64,000 nt of DNA from a virus: positions 57,931 through 121,930 of IMG/VR virus record IMGVR_UViG_3300041583_000345. One strand, 5' to 3'. The stretch's first letter is position 1. Each line of letters opens with the position of its first letter. Shown here piece after piece: positions 1 to 9,530 of this stretch. The notes under the pieces were generated by a model. It saw nothing but the letters and a program-made list of their open reading frames with translations, did no database searches and was not told where the DNA came from. The translations under genes were made by a program, and so were the position numbers.

Positions 1-882
1 GTGCCATTTCGTTAAATTTACTGAGGATAAACAACAAATAAAGGAATGTTCTTCGTCGGTAAATAATGTAATTTCCGAACAGATATTTGTCATCGTAACT
101 TCAAGGTTATTTCTCGTATATGCAGGAGGATTGTCATTATTAACGTTATCCTTAAACATAATATAGGGTTCTCCTGTTTCTACTCTAGACTTAAGTATCT
201 CTACCCATGTCTCCATTGCCTCCGGTACTCTCCTGTCGAGTTTCTCCATAAAGCTATCATCCACTACAACGCATTGGTGTAGGTTTAGACACTGTCTATT
301 AGGGTCCCCTTTAGGTCTTCTAATTTGTAAAAATTCTTTAATATCTGGATGATTTATATCTAGGTTAACTGATGCTGCTCCTCTACGAACTGCGCCTTGG
401 TTAGTTGCTATGATAGTAGAATCGTAAATCTTAGCCCAAGGTATTACACCTTCTGACTGTCCCATTTCTAAGGTTCCGATTTTTTGACCTCTACCTCTAA
501 CTTTAGATAATCCAATACCAACTCCACCTCCTAAGGAAGTCAATCTCATGAGTTCAGCATTGGTCAAGCCAATACCTCGAATTGAGTCGGGGGTATCAAT
601 TCCGAAACATGAGATTGGTAATCCTTTATCAGTTCCTGTATTTGATAGAACAGGTGAGGCTAAATTTAACCACCCTTTCCACATATACCTGAAGAATTTT
701 GGTGCTAAATCTGGTCGATCTAGTCTTTTTGCTACCGTATCAGCTACTCTCTTGTATGCTAATTTTGGTGTTTCATTTGGTAGTAAATACCCTTTTGATA
801 TTGTTGCTATTGAAACTTCGTTCATCCATTCCGGATAGTCTTTTCCTGCTTCCCAATTGTAAGTATCTACTGGTGTATTCAT
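1..882 (-). CDS. nrdA: Ribonucleotide reductase class Ia alpha subunit, N-terminal part (runs off the window's left edge)
   Basis: Missing from the ORF track; hand-translated from ATG at 882: MNTPVDTYNWEAGKDYPEWM...LNLASPVLSNTGTDKGLPISCFG...GGGVG...NQGAVRRGAASV...TNICSEI. These are RNR alpha motifs. The ATG overlaps the upstream HNH stop (ATGA). Confidence 0.95.
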   Translation of the reverse strand, partial: MNTPVDTYNWEAGKDYPEWMNEVSIATISKGYLLPNETPKLAYKRVADTVAKRLDRPDLAPKFFRYMWKGWLNLASPVLSNTGTDKGLPISCFGIDTPDSIRGIGLTNAELMRLTSLGGGVGIGLSKVRGRGQKIGTLEMGQSEGVIPWAKIYDSTIIATNQGAVRRGAASVNLDINHPDIKEFLQIRRPKGDPNRQCLNLHQCVVVDDSFMEKLDRRVPEAMETWVEILKSRVETGEPYIMFKDNVNNDNPPAYTRNNLEVTMTNICSEITLFTDEEHSFICCLSSVNLTKWH

Positions 883-1691
883 TTAATTTTGTTTTTGTTG
901 TTTCCGTAATTTATATTCTCTACGTAGTTAATTATAGACCCTTTTAATTTACCTCCTTTTACTGTAGTTCCTGTGTTTCTATTTCTCTTTAATGTTCCTT
1001 CATCGTACTTTTCTAAAGCTTCCATTAAGCTATGTAGTAGTTCTTTGCTCTTGTCTGGGTGTATAATTGTATAGGTTCCTTTCGATTTTCCGTAATTACC
1101 TGCTAACTCTCCTGGTCGTTTTACTCCCCACTGTGAGCTCTTCTCTCCTGTGTGGTTTTTTATGAACTTTTCAAAATACTCCTTCCGTGTCATACTGCCT
1201 TTAGTCTGCTTACAGGAATACACTCTTTTTTCTATAGCTTCTCGTGACTGTTGGTTTCCGGAGTTACATAATTCTCGTATCCTTGCAAGTCCTTTTTCTG
1301 AGTGGTATTTCCCGTTGTACTTAGCTTTTTTTGTTTCTTTTGCCTTATCTACGGTTTCAGTATTGAACATTGGATTTTTCTCTAGAAAAAGCTTTCTCCG
1401 TTTTTCTACAGGGTAGGCTATTAAGCACAATTTTTTTCTTTGTAACTCCCCCTCTTCTGTTTTACCTGATAGTAGCAACCATGCTACTTTATCTTGCATT
1501 TTCCCTAACCACTTGTACCGTATCCAATGTGCTGTTGCATGGTTTTTTATTGATAGTCTTACTAAGTTAGATTCTTCGTTGGTTCCTTGTTCATATCTTG
1601 GAATAATGTGATGTTTATGTGTACCCCCTATTACTTTATTACTTTTTCTCTCCTCTAGGAATTTTTTATAAATTTCTTGCCAGTTTACCAT
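879..1691 (-). CDS. Free-standing HNH homing endonuclease
   Basis: HKHHIIPRYEQGTNEESNLVRLSIKNHATAH is an HNH motif; basic C-terminal region; lies between nrdB and nrdA. Confidence 0.8.
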   Translation of the reverse strand: MVNWQEIYKKFLEERKSNKVIGGTHKHHIIPRYEQGTNEESNLVRLSIKNHATAHWIRYKWLGKMQDKVAWLLLSGKTEEGELQRKKLCLIAYPVEKRRKLFLEKNPMFNTETVDKAKETKKAKYNGKYHSEKGLARIRELCNSGNQQSREAIEKRVYSCKQTKGSMTRKEYFEKFIKNHTGEKSSQWGVKRPGELAGNYGKSKGTYTIIHPDKSKELLHSLMEALEKYDEGTLKRNRNTGTTVKGGKLKGSIINYVENINYGNNKNKIK

Positions 1692-1704
1692 AGTATTTGT
1701 TTAG

Positions 1705-1712
1705 AATAAATA
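1705..1712 (-). promoter_or_regulatory. TATTTATT late-promoter-like box upstream of the HNH gene
   Basis: One-base variant of the recurrent TATTTATA box, just upstream of the ATG at 1691. Confidence 0.5.
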
Positions 1713-1744
1713 GGTAAGAAAAAGATTTTATTGCAACTCGAATC

Positions 1745-2719
1745 TTAAAAAGCGGTGTCCCAATCCATATGTCCTTTACTATAATTTGTTACGCGCACAG
1801 CGAAGAAATCTGAAAATTGTTTACCTGCAATTACTGCGTCAAACCATTTCATTGTCTTTAATGCTCCTTTGTCAATTTCTGTTGAGGGTATTAATGGTTT
1901 TAGTCCTAAGTCCCCCATTTTGGTGTTTACTCTATGTTTAATAAAATTCTTAAGCTCTTCTTTGGTAAGATTCTCTAAATCTCCCATTTCAAAGACTTTG
2001 TCTATAAAGTCATATTCAAGTTTTATAGCAGCTGTTGCTGCTTCTCTTATATCCTGCTCTAATTTAGCTGTTTTAAATTCTGGGTGTTCTTTCATTAATG
2101 TTCTAAATAACCAACAGCCTGCTTCTGAGTGTAGAGATTCATCTCTTACTGACCATTCTACTATCTGTCCAACACCTTTTAGTTTGTTTCTCATCTTAAA
2201 TGAAAGTAACACTGCAAAGGAACTAAATAAGTTAACTCCTTCTGTGAAAGCAGAGAAGATAGCGAGAGAGACAGCTCTTTGGTGCCAATCCGGAGATTCG
2301 TGTGAATCTCTAACATCCATTAGATGTTGAATTTTTGCCATTGTAGCTTCATCCTCCATAAACTCCGCAAAATTATCCAAACCCAGCTGTTCGTTTAATA
2401 ATGAATAAGCTTCTGCGTGTATTGTTTCAAAAGATCCAAAAGTGACCGCCATTGCAATGACTTCTGGTTTTCTAAACCATTTTGTAACTAAATTAGTCCA
2501 GTAGTCATTTACTACTGTTTCGGTTTGTGCGAATCCTTTTAAGATTCCCCCAATAAGGTTCTTTTCATGATCCTTTAGGTTAGAATTCCAGTCTGTTACA
2601 TCTTGTGACATTGGTATTTCTGTATGTAGCCAGTGGGCTTGTTGCTGTCGGAGCCAGTAGTCGAATGCTTGTGGATATTCAAAGGGCTTGTAAACAATTC
2701 GTTCCTGTAAAAGACTCAT
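1745..2719 (-). CDS. nrdB: Ribonucleotide reductase class Ia beta subunit
   Basis: Ferritin-like metal ligands (FAQTE, ETIHAEAYS, EGVNLFSSF, VRDESLH) and a C-terminal DFF..RVTNY tail. Confidence 0.97.
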   Translation of the reverse strand: MSLLQERIVYKPFEYPQAFDYWLRQQQAHWLHTEIPMSQDVTDWNSNLKDHEKNLIGGILKGFAQTETVVNDYWTNLVTKWFRKPEVIAMAVTFGSFETIHAEAYSLLNEQLGLDNFAEFMEDEATMAKIQHLMDVRDSHESPDWHQRAVSLAIFSAFTEGVNLFSSFAVLLSFKMRNKLKGVGQIVEWSVRDESLHSEAGCWLFRTLMKEHPEFKTAKLEQDIREAATAAIKLEYDFIDKVFEMGDLENLTKEELKNFIKHRVNTKMGDLGLKPLIPSTEIDKGALKTMKWFDAVIAGKQFSDFFAVRVTNYSKGHMDWDTAF

Positions 2720-2835
2720 ATGTATTTATATATTTGAAGTTAAATTAGATGGGAATATCCTCTTGGTTATCTCTCGGGGACGTTTTAATAAATAGAATAT
2801 ATATTCTACTTTTGTCTGGTTTTTTAAGAACTTTA

Positions 2836-4173
2836 TTATAGTAATTTCTGTAGCGTTTCTGATGTTAAGTTATACTTAGGTTTAGCGGCTTCTGCTAATA
2901 GATCATCTAAGTCTGTTTTACCTTTAAATGATATATGTCCGTTATTGGTATCCATGTTTATGTCGTAAGTCATTCCGTCCATACCGTATCTGTTTTTCAT
3001 AATATGAATTCGACCAGTTCCTAAAACTTTATCTTCTTTCATCCTAGATAAGGATAAACATACATCGGCTACCATCATCTTATCATACGATCCTGCAGCT
3101 TTATCTCCTTCTATTATTGAATCTTTAGCTCCCATACGGTTAACCTGTGAAGGTGTTAAGATTGGTATTTTTAATTCTTTGGCTAATCCTTTAGTTGCGA
3201 TAAAAACATCATCGATTTCATCTTTTCTTTCGGCGAATTTACCTCTTGAAGGTGCTCTTAGGTAATCAACATAATCAATGATTACTAAGTCTGGTTTATG
3301 CCCCATATCGGTACATTTCTGTATATGAGACTTAATAGTATTTACTGTTGCTCCCTTTGGTGGGTATTCTTTAACAATTAACTTCCCCTTTAGTGCGTCT
3401 ACTGTCTTCTGAACTTCTTTTCTATGTTTGTTTACTTCATCTATAGAATATCCGGTAAAATAACAGTCAAATCGTTTCCCAACATAGTCTTCTCCTAATT
3501 CTAAGGTGTAATATATAACATTATACCCTAGTTTTACAGCGTGGGCTCCAGCTGCTACCATAGTCCATGATTTTCCACCTCCTGGGTTACCAAACATGAT
3601 AATTAAATCTCCTGGTCCGAATCCTCCCTGTATAGCATCATTCATTATAGGCCAAGGTGTTGGGATAGTAGGCCTGTAGTCAACTCTGTATCGAGTCTCT
3701 ACATCTTTATTGTATTCATGGCCAATGTTTTTATCCATCCCAGCTTTCATTGCCTTTTCAACTTGATTTCTAATCCCGTCGAAATCTCCATCTTTTAAAA
3801 GGTCTGCTGATGCTAAAATTGCAGCTTTCATCTCTTGGTTCTTACAAAAGCCTAAAAACTCTTCTTGAATATACTCTAAATCCTCTTGAGATGCTGCGTA
3901 AGAGTTTCTAAGCTCTTCTTTTAACGCTACGACTAGTACTTCATTCTCTACCTTCTGAAGTTCTACTTTCAGAACATCCATTGTTACTACTGTATGGTAT
4001 TTATCAAAGTACCTGATAATTTCATTTATAATCCACTTATGTGAATCCGCATCGAAATAGACATCTGTCAATACATCTCTGGTATTCTGTAGGAATGTTT
4101 TGTCTGTTAGTAGTGATCCTAGTACTTTTAATTGGAAGCCTTTTCCGTATTGCTGAAGTGATTTAAGTGTCAT
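2836..4173 (-). CDS. DnaB/gp41-like replicative helicase
   Basis: Walker A GNPGGGKS, IIDYVDYL, SQVNR, KNRYG. Confidence 0.92.
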   Translation of the reverse strand: MTLKSLQQYGKGFQLKVLGSLLTDKTFLQNTRDVLTDVYFDADSHKWIINEIIRYFDKYHTVVTMDVLKVELQKVENEVLVVALKEELRNSYAASQEDLEYIQEEFLGFCKNQEMKAAILASADLLKDGDFDGIRNQVEKAMKAGMDKNIGHEYNKDVETRYRVDYRPTIPTPWPIMNDAIQGGFGPGDLIIMFGNPGGGKSWTMVAAGAHAVKLGYNVIYYTLELGEDYVGKRFDCYFTGYSIDEVNKHRKEVQKTVDALKGKLIVKEYPPKGATVNTIKSHIQKCTDMGHKPDLVIIDYVDYLRAPSRGKFAERKDEIDDVFIATKGLAKELKIPILTPSQVNRMGAKDSIIEGDKAAGSYDKMMVADVCLSLSRMKEDKVLGTGRIHIMKNRYGMDGMTYDINMDTNNGHISFKGKTDLDDLLAEAAKPKYNLTSETLQKLL

Positions 4174-4181
4174 TGTATAAC

Positions 4182-5210
4182 CTATTTAAATATTGTTAAT
4201 CCTCTAAAATTTTCCAACCAACCTTCTGTATTTTTGGTGATCCCTTCAATCTTATCTGTGTCCAGTAAGTGTAGGAATCCTCCTACCTGTAGTGACGGTA
4301 TTGGGCTCTTTATTACTTCTAATATATGGTCTTTTTCTTTCTGATCCAACGCTGTAATGTGTAAATCCATTAATTTAAAATTAGTTTCCACACGATCCCA
4401 TTCGCTTATAATTTTAGGAAAGATTTTTTTTACTTTGGGGTCTGTTAACTTAGCTGCGCAGACATCGTACACATACTCTAATGTTGTGCCGGGTACATTT
4501 ACCAGGTCAGGGAACTGTGAGATTATAGTCTTTATCCCCAAACCTTTTACTCCTGCTAAATTATCAGAGTTGTCCCCTAAAAGGGCTTTTACAACATTAT
4601 AGTTTTCAGGAAGAACTTGTAATTCTCCTTGAATGTTAGCAGCTGTTAATAGAAGTTTTTTAACCGGAGCATAAACCTCTACGTTTTCATCTACAAGCTG
4701 TAAAAAATCTTTATCTGATGAAATTATGGTAAGTTTCTTATTAGTAGACGATGCTGTTTTTGCTAAATATGCTATAATATCATCTGCTTCAAGTTTTTCC
4801 ATCATAACCTGCTGAACTGGTAAACATTCTATATAGTCCTGTGTTCTATACAGTTGTGCTATTAATGCTTCCTGTTCTTCGGCTTTTGTATCATATAGTC
4901 CCCAGTGCGTAATTCGAGATGTTGCTCGATTGGCTTTATAATTCTGGTCTATATTCTTTCTATTAGCAGAACCTCCTTTTCCGTCCCATATTATAAGTAC
5001 CCTTGTCGGGTCAAAAGTACGGGTTACAAATCCTAATGATCGCAGGAAACCAATTAGACCGCCTACATGGTGGCCTAAAGGGTTCATTGCCTTAAGGAGT
5101 GAAAAGCTTCGAATTAGCATATTCATAGCATCTATAACTAAAATATGGTCGTTTAACTCTCGGGGTGGGGACTGTTTTAAATTTTTCAGAAGATCTGAAT
5201 AGTCCGTCAT
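4182..5210 (-). CDS. 5'-3' exonuclease / T4 RNase H-like flap endonuclease
   Basis: VIDAMN, EADDIIA, SSDKDFLQL, GDNSDNLAGVKGLGIKT. Confidence 0.9.
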   Translation of the reverse strand: MTDYSDLLKNLKQSPPRELNDHILVIDAMNMLIRSFSLLKAMNPLGHHVGGLIGFLRSLGFVTRTFDPTRVLIIWDGKGGSANRKNIDQNYKANRATSRITHWGLYDTKAEEQEALIAQLYRTQDYIECLPVQQVMMEKLEADDIIAYLAKTASSTNKKLTIISSDKDFLQLVDENVEVYAPVKKLLLTAANIQGELQVLPENYNVVKALLGDNSDNLAGVKGLGIKTIISQFPDLVNVPGTTLEYVYDVCAAKLTDPKVKKIFPKIISEWDRVETNFKLMDLHITALDQKEKDHILEVIKSPIPSLQVGGFLHLLDTDKIEGITKNTEGWLENFRGLTIFK

Positions 5211-6280
5211 TAGTCTAGTAGGTTTGGTGTAATTGTTTCTTCTTCTAAATCTCCTTCTTCAATTAAGTCGAAATCTATTGATCCAACAAGTTTTAACCAG
5301 TGCTCTTTATGGGCGTCTCTGTACTTATCGATAGCTTTTTTATCATCTTCAATAAATCCATGAGAGGTCATTACTACTTTCCCTCTAGATTGTACTCCCC
5401 CTATGTGGTTCTTTTCAATCTGGATGTTTGTACGTTTGGCAAACTCTACCTGTAAACCATCTTTAACTGCTTTAATCTTAGAAGTGCCCGGGTTTGTAAT
5501 ATTACCGAAGGTAACTACTAAGGTAGCGTCGTACCACATAGACATTCCTCCTTTATTCTGCAGCTTAGGTTGTCCCATTGGATGCTCAGGTTTCATAGTC
5601 CATACTTTATTAATAGCTACAAGAGTATTGGTGTAGGGAAAGTTTTCTTTTCTTGATAATAAAATCTTTTGATTTAAATTATTACCAAACTGTGTGGACA
5701 TCGCTCCCGCATTCCATTCATTGTTATTCTTATTAGAACGAACTGATAAGTCACATGGTATAGAACCGATAGAATCCCAAAAGAAACATAAATCGAAAGG
5801 TAAGTTACCTTTAGCCTGCTCATCCATTAAGTCAGCCATATGTACAGCTACTTCTTCAATGGTATTTAAAGATCCTCGGTCTGCATATAGAAAATGTCCT
5901 TCAAAATCTACTACTTTACCGTTTTCATCTTTAACTTCATTAAATTGAAGCCCCATCTCCCTTGCATGCTCCCATGACCATTTCATCTCCGAGATAATAA
6001 ATACCGGTAAGATACCCATTTTCTGTGCACTTACTGCTGCTTCTAATAAAGCAGTAGTTTTTCCTGTGTCAGAATGCCCTCGTAGTAAGGTGATGTGACC
6101 GGTTGGAATACCGGGTAAGGAAGTAATATCTTGAAAAGCTTTAGATAGGGGTATCCAACCCTGCTCTTTAAATTTTACAGATGCTTCTGCAAAGCCTTTC
6201 TTTTTTTTAAAATTACCAAGATTAAAATTCTTCTTGATGGCCGCAGATGCGGCCTCCTGTACTTCCTGTTTCTTCGCCAT
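5210..6280 (-). CDS. uvsX: RecA/UvsX-like recombinase
   Basis: Walker A GHSDTGKT, FFWDSIG, GG..MWYDA, RecA-type layout. Confidence 0.85.
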   Translation of the reverse strand: MAKKQEVQEAASAAIKKNFNLGNFKKKKGFAEASVKFKEQGWIPLSKAFQDITSLPGIPTGHITLLRGHSDTGKTTALLEAAVSAQKMGILPVFIISEMKWSWEHAREMGLQFNEVKDENGKVVDFEGHFLYADRGSLNTIEEVAVHMADLMDEQAKGNLPFDLCFFWDSIGSIPCDLSVRSNKNNNEWNAGAMSTQFGNNLNQKILLSRKENFPYTNTLVAINKVWTMKPEHPMGQPKLQNKGGMSMWYDATLVVTFGNITNPGTSKIKAVKDGLQVEFAKRTNIQIEKNHIGGVQSRGKVVMTSHGFIEDDKKAIDKYRDAHKEHWLKLVGSIDFDLIEEGDLEEETITPNLLD

Positions 6281-6282
6281 AA

Positions 6283-7104
6283 TTACTCGTTAAATAAGTC
6301 GTCAAATTTGCTAACTGTATCCTGTTTTCCAGCAGTAGCAGTCTCTAGACTAAAGTCAGACTTTTTTTGTCCTAGGCTTTCTGGTAATGATGTATCAATA
6401 TTACTATCTACCGGTTTTGTAACTGTAGTAGTTGTCTCTTCTGTAATCGAAGAAGGGTCTAAGTATCCTTGAAGTTGTTTCTTAATGTAGTCGTAATCAT
6501 ATTGGGTATGTACATCTACTGGGTTTGGTTGAGTCTTCAGCCACAAATCTACTTCTTCATTTTTATCTGATAGAGTAGTTTGTTTAGGTTTAATACGTAC
6601 AGTAGTTTCAGGGTAAGGGTTACCAGCTGATTGTTCTACCACCATATCCCATCCTTGCATAACATCTGTGAAGTCCCCAATATCTTCATCCTCTGCTAAA
6701 GCAAGTAATGCTTTGTATATTGTTACACCGAATCCCCATAAACGTACTCCTTTGTCTTCTTCTCCTCTTACTATAACAGGAGCGAAAACACGAGTTTTAG
6801 GGTTTAATTTACCTGATAAGGACCAGTTGTCTTTATCTGATGTCTTCCTAAGTTCTTTTACAAACTCTTCGATTGGGTCTTGTTTACCAAAGTTTGATAA
6901 AGCTACCATTGGATACTTTCCAATTCCGTAATGGAATTTTAATTCTTTAAATGGGAACGCAGGGTCATAAGCAGACGGGACAATACGAATTGTCTGTTTA
7001 CCTAATGAGGGTTTCCAAAAAATAGTTGAATAGTCAGTTTTTTCTGTGTCCTGACTAGTAGAGTTCAAAGCTTCTAGCTTTGCTTTAATTGCATTAATGT
7101 CCAT
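6283..7104 (-). CDS. Single-stranded DNA-binding protein (gp32-like)
   Basis: FWKP...IRIVP, GVRLWGFG, DFTD...GWD, acidic FDDLFNE tail; next to uvsX. Confidence 0.75.
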   Translation of the reverse strand: MDINAIKAKLEALNSTSQDTEKTDYSTIFWKPSLGKQTIRIVPSAYDPAFPFKELKFHYGIGKYPMVALSNFGKQDPIEEFVKELRKTSDKDNWSLSGKLNPKTRVFAPVIVRGEEDKGVRLWGFGVTIYKALLALAEDEDIGDFTDVMQGWDMVVEQSAGNPYPETTVRIKPKQTTLSDKNEEVDLWLKTQPNPVDVHTQYDYDYIKKQLQGYLDPSSITEETTTTVTKPVDSNIDTSLPESLGQKKSDFSLETATAGKQDTVSKFDDLFNE

Positions 7105-7133
7105 ATAACTGATTTTAAAATTATAACGTTTAT

Positions 7134-7165
7134 CTAATATAAGAATAATATCTTAAACTACCAAC
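7134..7165 (-). promoter_or_regulatory. Bacteroidota sigmaA-type promoter upstream of SSB
   Basis: Minus strand GTTG-N20-TATATTAG, resembling the -33 TTTG / -7 TAnnTTTG consensus. Confidence 0.55.
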
Positions 7166-7617
7166 TAGATTTCAATAATCTTGTGTAATTTTGTATTTAC
7201 TCTTTTTAGTTCCGGTCCTTTGGTTAAAAGTACGCAGTTTTTGTAGTCCGCCCAATTAATACGGAAGTTAGAATCTAACTCTCCATCGTTTAATTGTTTG
7301 ATTAGTGTATTAAGTGCATTAATAGTGTAAAGAGTATTGGACTCTTTTTTGCGATGCACTAAGATAGTATTATCTAGGAATGTACCGACGTTACCGAAGT
7401 CCACGTTATAGGTACATATGTATTCGTCTTGGCTCTTTGAGTATAGAACGAATATTTTATTATATATAATCTTATACCTCTCTTGTACTGTCGACAATAC
7501 TTCGTCTAAAGTATCTTCAGAAGCGAAGGTACAGAATAGTTTGTTACTCATATCTTCATTTAAATAAAATGGTTCAATATCGTAGTCGAACCGGGACGTC
7601 ATAACATCTGTTATCAT
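7165..7617 (-). CDS. Hypothetical protein of the replication module
   Basis: 150-aa ORF packed between pol and ssb; TATTTATA box at 7619-7626. Confidence 0.7.
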   Translation of the reverse strand: MITDVMTSRFDYDIEPFYLNEDMSNKLFCTFASEDTLDEVLSTVQERYKIIYNKIFVLYSKSQDEYICTYNVDFGNVGTFLDNTILVHRKKESNTLYTINALNTLIKQLNDGELDSNFRINWADYKNCVLLTKGPELKRVNTKLHKIIEI

Positions 7618-7636
7618 ATATAAATATCTTTGTTGT

Positions 7637-8962
7637 CTATAAAACTAAATTCTTACTAAATTTAAACTTTACCGGGTAATTGCCACCCGATTCCATTATT
7701 CTTTTAATATCTTCTAATGTTTCCTTACCGTCCGCTTTATGAAAGTCAAATAAAAATGCGTCGTAGGTATACAAGACTATCTTGGTTTTCTTATCTTTTA
7801 GGTACCTTAATACATCTTTTAATGTAAGTATATTTCTTGCGGTTTCCAACGATTGCATCATATAGTTCATTAATTTGGCTGGATGCATTTCTTTTAGCTC
7901 TTTGGTAAAAGGTTTGTTTGATATCGGGTTGTACACCACCCCGTCATTTTGGTAGGATTTCCACATATCATCTATGTACTGCTGTACTTTCCGAAATATA
8001 GGTAAGTCTTTATGTTCTTCCGGTATTTTACCGTAAATTGCTTGGAAGTTGATTTGTTTTGCCTGTATATACTGCTCTTCTGATATATCTTCAGTCCCAA
8101 AGTAGGTTTTTGCTAATTCTCTGTGGGCAGAATCTCCTTTTAATAGGTAATGAATCTGATCACACAATAAACGAAGGTGATACCCATCAAAATCGAGTTC
8201 AACAAAATAATCCCCTTGCGGGAAGAAACAGTTCCTGTGCTCTGCACTCTTAGGAATAGCAGCGAAATTAACAGAGTTAAAAGCATTAGTAGGTCTAGAT
8301 GTGACATTATACAAATTGTATTGGGTTAAAACTATGTTATTTTCCACGTTATATTTAGGGTCTCGTGGTGTAAACAGTTGATTAAATGCATCGTAGTGTA
8401 TTCCTATTCCGGGCTGTTCTAATAAATAGAATACATTTACTGCGGTTTTGTTATAAAAGTCAAAGCCTAGTGGGATATTTAACTCAATTACGTGTTTAAC
8501 TTGATTATATATTTTTTCACATGATTCATATAATTTAGATATAGGGATCAACTGATTAATGTTTGAAAAACCTCTAAATTTATTATAAAAAAAGTTTAAC
8601 GTCTCGTTTTCTTTTGAATACTCTAACCTATCAAACTTTACCATGGAGTAAACTAACGATAAATCTATAGCTTCCTGTAGATTAAAGTGGTAGAGTAGGG
8701 TTTTCTTATCTAATGTATACAGTTTACTTGAAGACGAAAGCAGTTCATAGAGACGGTCTTTTGCAATGTTTATACCTTCATCATGATTAATAGGTACTAT
8801 AAAGCCGTGCTGACTTAAAAGAGGTCTTATGTAGACCGCTACAGTCGTAGTAAGTTTTGGATGGTATAGATCATTGGTGGAGATTACATCTACGTAAACT
8901 CCTTCTTTGGCCAACATCTCTAAGTTAAGTAACTTATCTTCTTCTTCTACTATATAAAACAT
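7637..8962 (-). CDS. Divergent family A DNA polymerase
   Basis: Motif A ELDFDGYHLRLL, motif B AKQINFQAIYG, LMNYMMQSLET, motif C YTYDAFLFD. Confidence 0.8.
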   Translation of the reverse strand: MFYIVEEEDKLLNLEMLAKEGVYVDVISTNDLYHPKLTTTVAVYIRPLLSQHGFIVPINHDEGINIAKDRLYELLSSSSKLYTLDKKTLLYHFNLQEAIDLSLVYSMVKFDRLEYSKENETLNFFYNKFRGFSNINQLIPISKLYESCEKIYNQVKHVIELNIPLGFDFYNKTAVNVFYLLEQPGIGIHYDAFNQLFTPRDPKYNVENNIVLTQYNLYNVTSRPTNAFNSVNFAAIPKSAEHRNCFFPQGDYFVELDFDGYHLRLLCDQIHYLLKGDSAHRELAKTYFGTEDISEEQYIQAKQINFQAIYGKIPEEHKDLPIFRKVQQYIDDMWKSYQNDGVVYNPISNKPFTKELKEMHPAKLMNYMMQSLETARNILTLKDVLRYLKDKKTKIVLYTYDAFLFDFHKADGKETLEDIKRIMESGGNYPVKFKFSKNLVL

Positions 8963-8981
8963 TTTTAATATAACCTTTTAT

Positions 8982-9012
8982 ACAATATAAGATAAATTTT
9001 CTATTCTACAAA
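8982..9012 (-). promoter_or_regulatory. Bacteroidota sigmaA-type promoter upstream of the polymerase
   Basis: Minus strand TTTG-N19-TATATTGT. Confidence 0.5.
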
Positions 9013-9510
9013 CTTCCCATAGTCTTTTATGTACTCTTTTAATCCTTTTATAAGATTATCTTGTATTTCTATGGTTTGTTTATTTTTTGTTTCAGCTCCT
9101 TGGTAAATATACGGAGGTTTAACCAAGTCCTTGGCTGGTCCTTTAATAACCCAGTTTAATTCTATGCCTTTAATATGAGTTTCTTTTATAAGGTAATAGT
9201 ACTTGTCTTGTTGTACTTCTATTATCTTTAAATTTCTCCTATCTTGCAGTACATACCTTGTAAAGTATCCACGTACATAATCTCCTTGTTTTGGAGCAAT
9301 TATATCCAGTGTAAAAGTAAATTCTCTAGTGTAAGGTTCTTCACTAACAATGGTAAGTTCCTTTGTAGTATTAGAGGGTACCTTCCCTGTCAGGTACCTA
9401 TCATTATAAGTCTTTATATACCACCCCACATACGGGGTACCGTCTTTTTTAAAAAGAAAGTCTCCTCTTGAATGTTTAGGTTCACTATATTTTGATTTGG
9501 GTATATACAT
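9001..9510 (-). CDS. Hypothetical protein, probably baseplate-associated
   Basis: 169-aa ORF closing the baseplate gene run. Confidence 0.65.
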   Translation of the reverse strand: MYIPKSKYSEPKHSRGDFLFKKDGTPYVGWYIKTYNDRYLTGKVPSNTTKELTIVSEEPYTREFTFTLDIIAPKQGDYVRGYFTRYVLQDRRNLKIIEVQQDKYYYLIKETHIKGIELNWVIKGPAKDLVKPPYIYQGAETKNKQTIEIQDNLIKGLKEYIKDYGKFVE

Positions 9511-9530
9511 ATTTAAAGTCCTATTATTGT

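Noticed and set aside
2793-2808. NrdR box upstream of nrdB
   Set aside because: The palindrome centre and flanks do not fit the acaCwAtATaTwGtgt consensus
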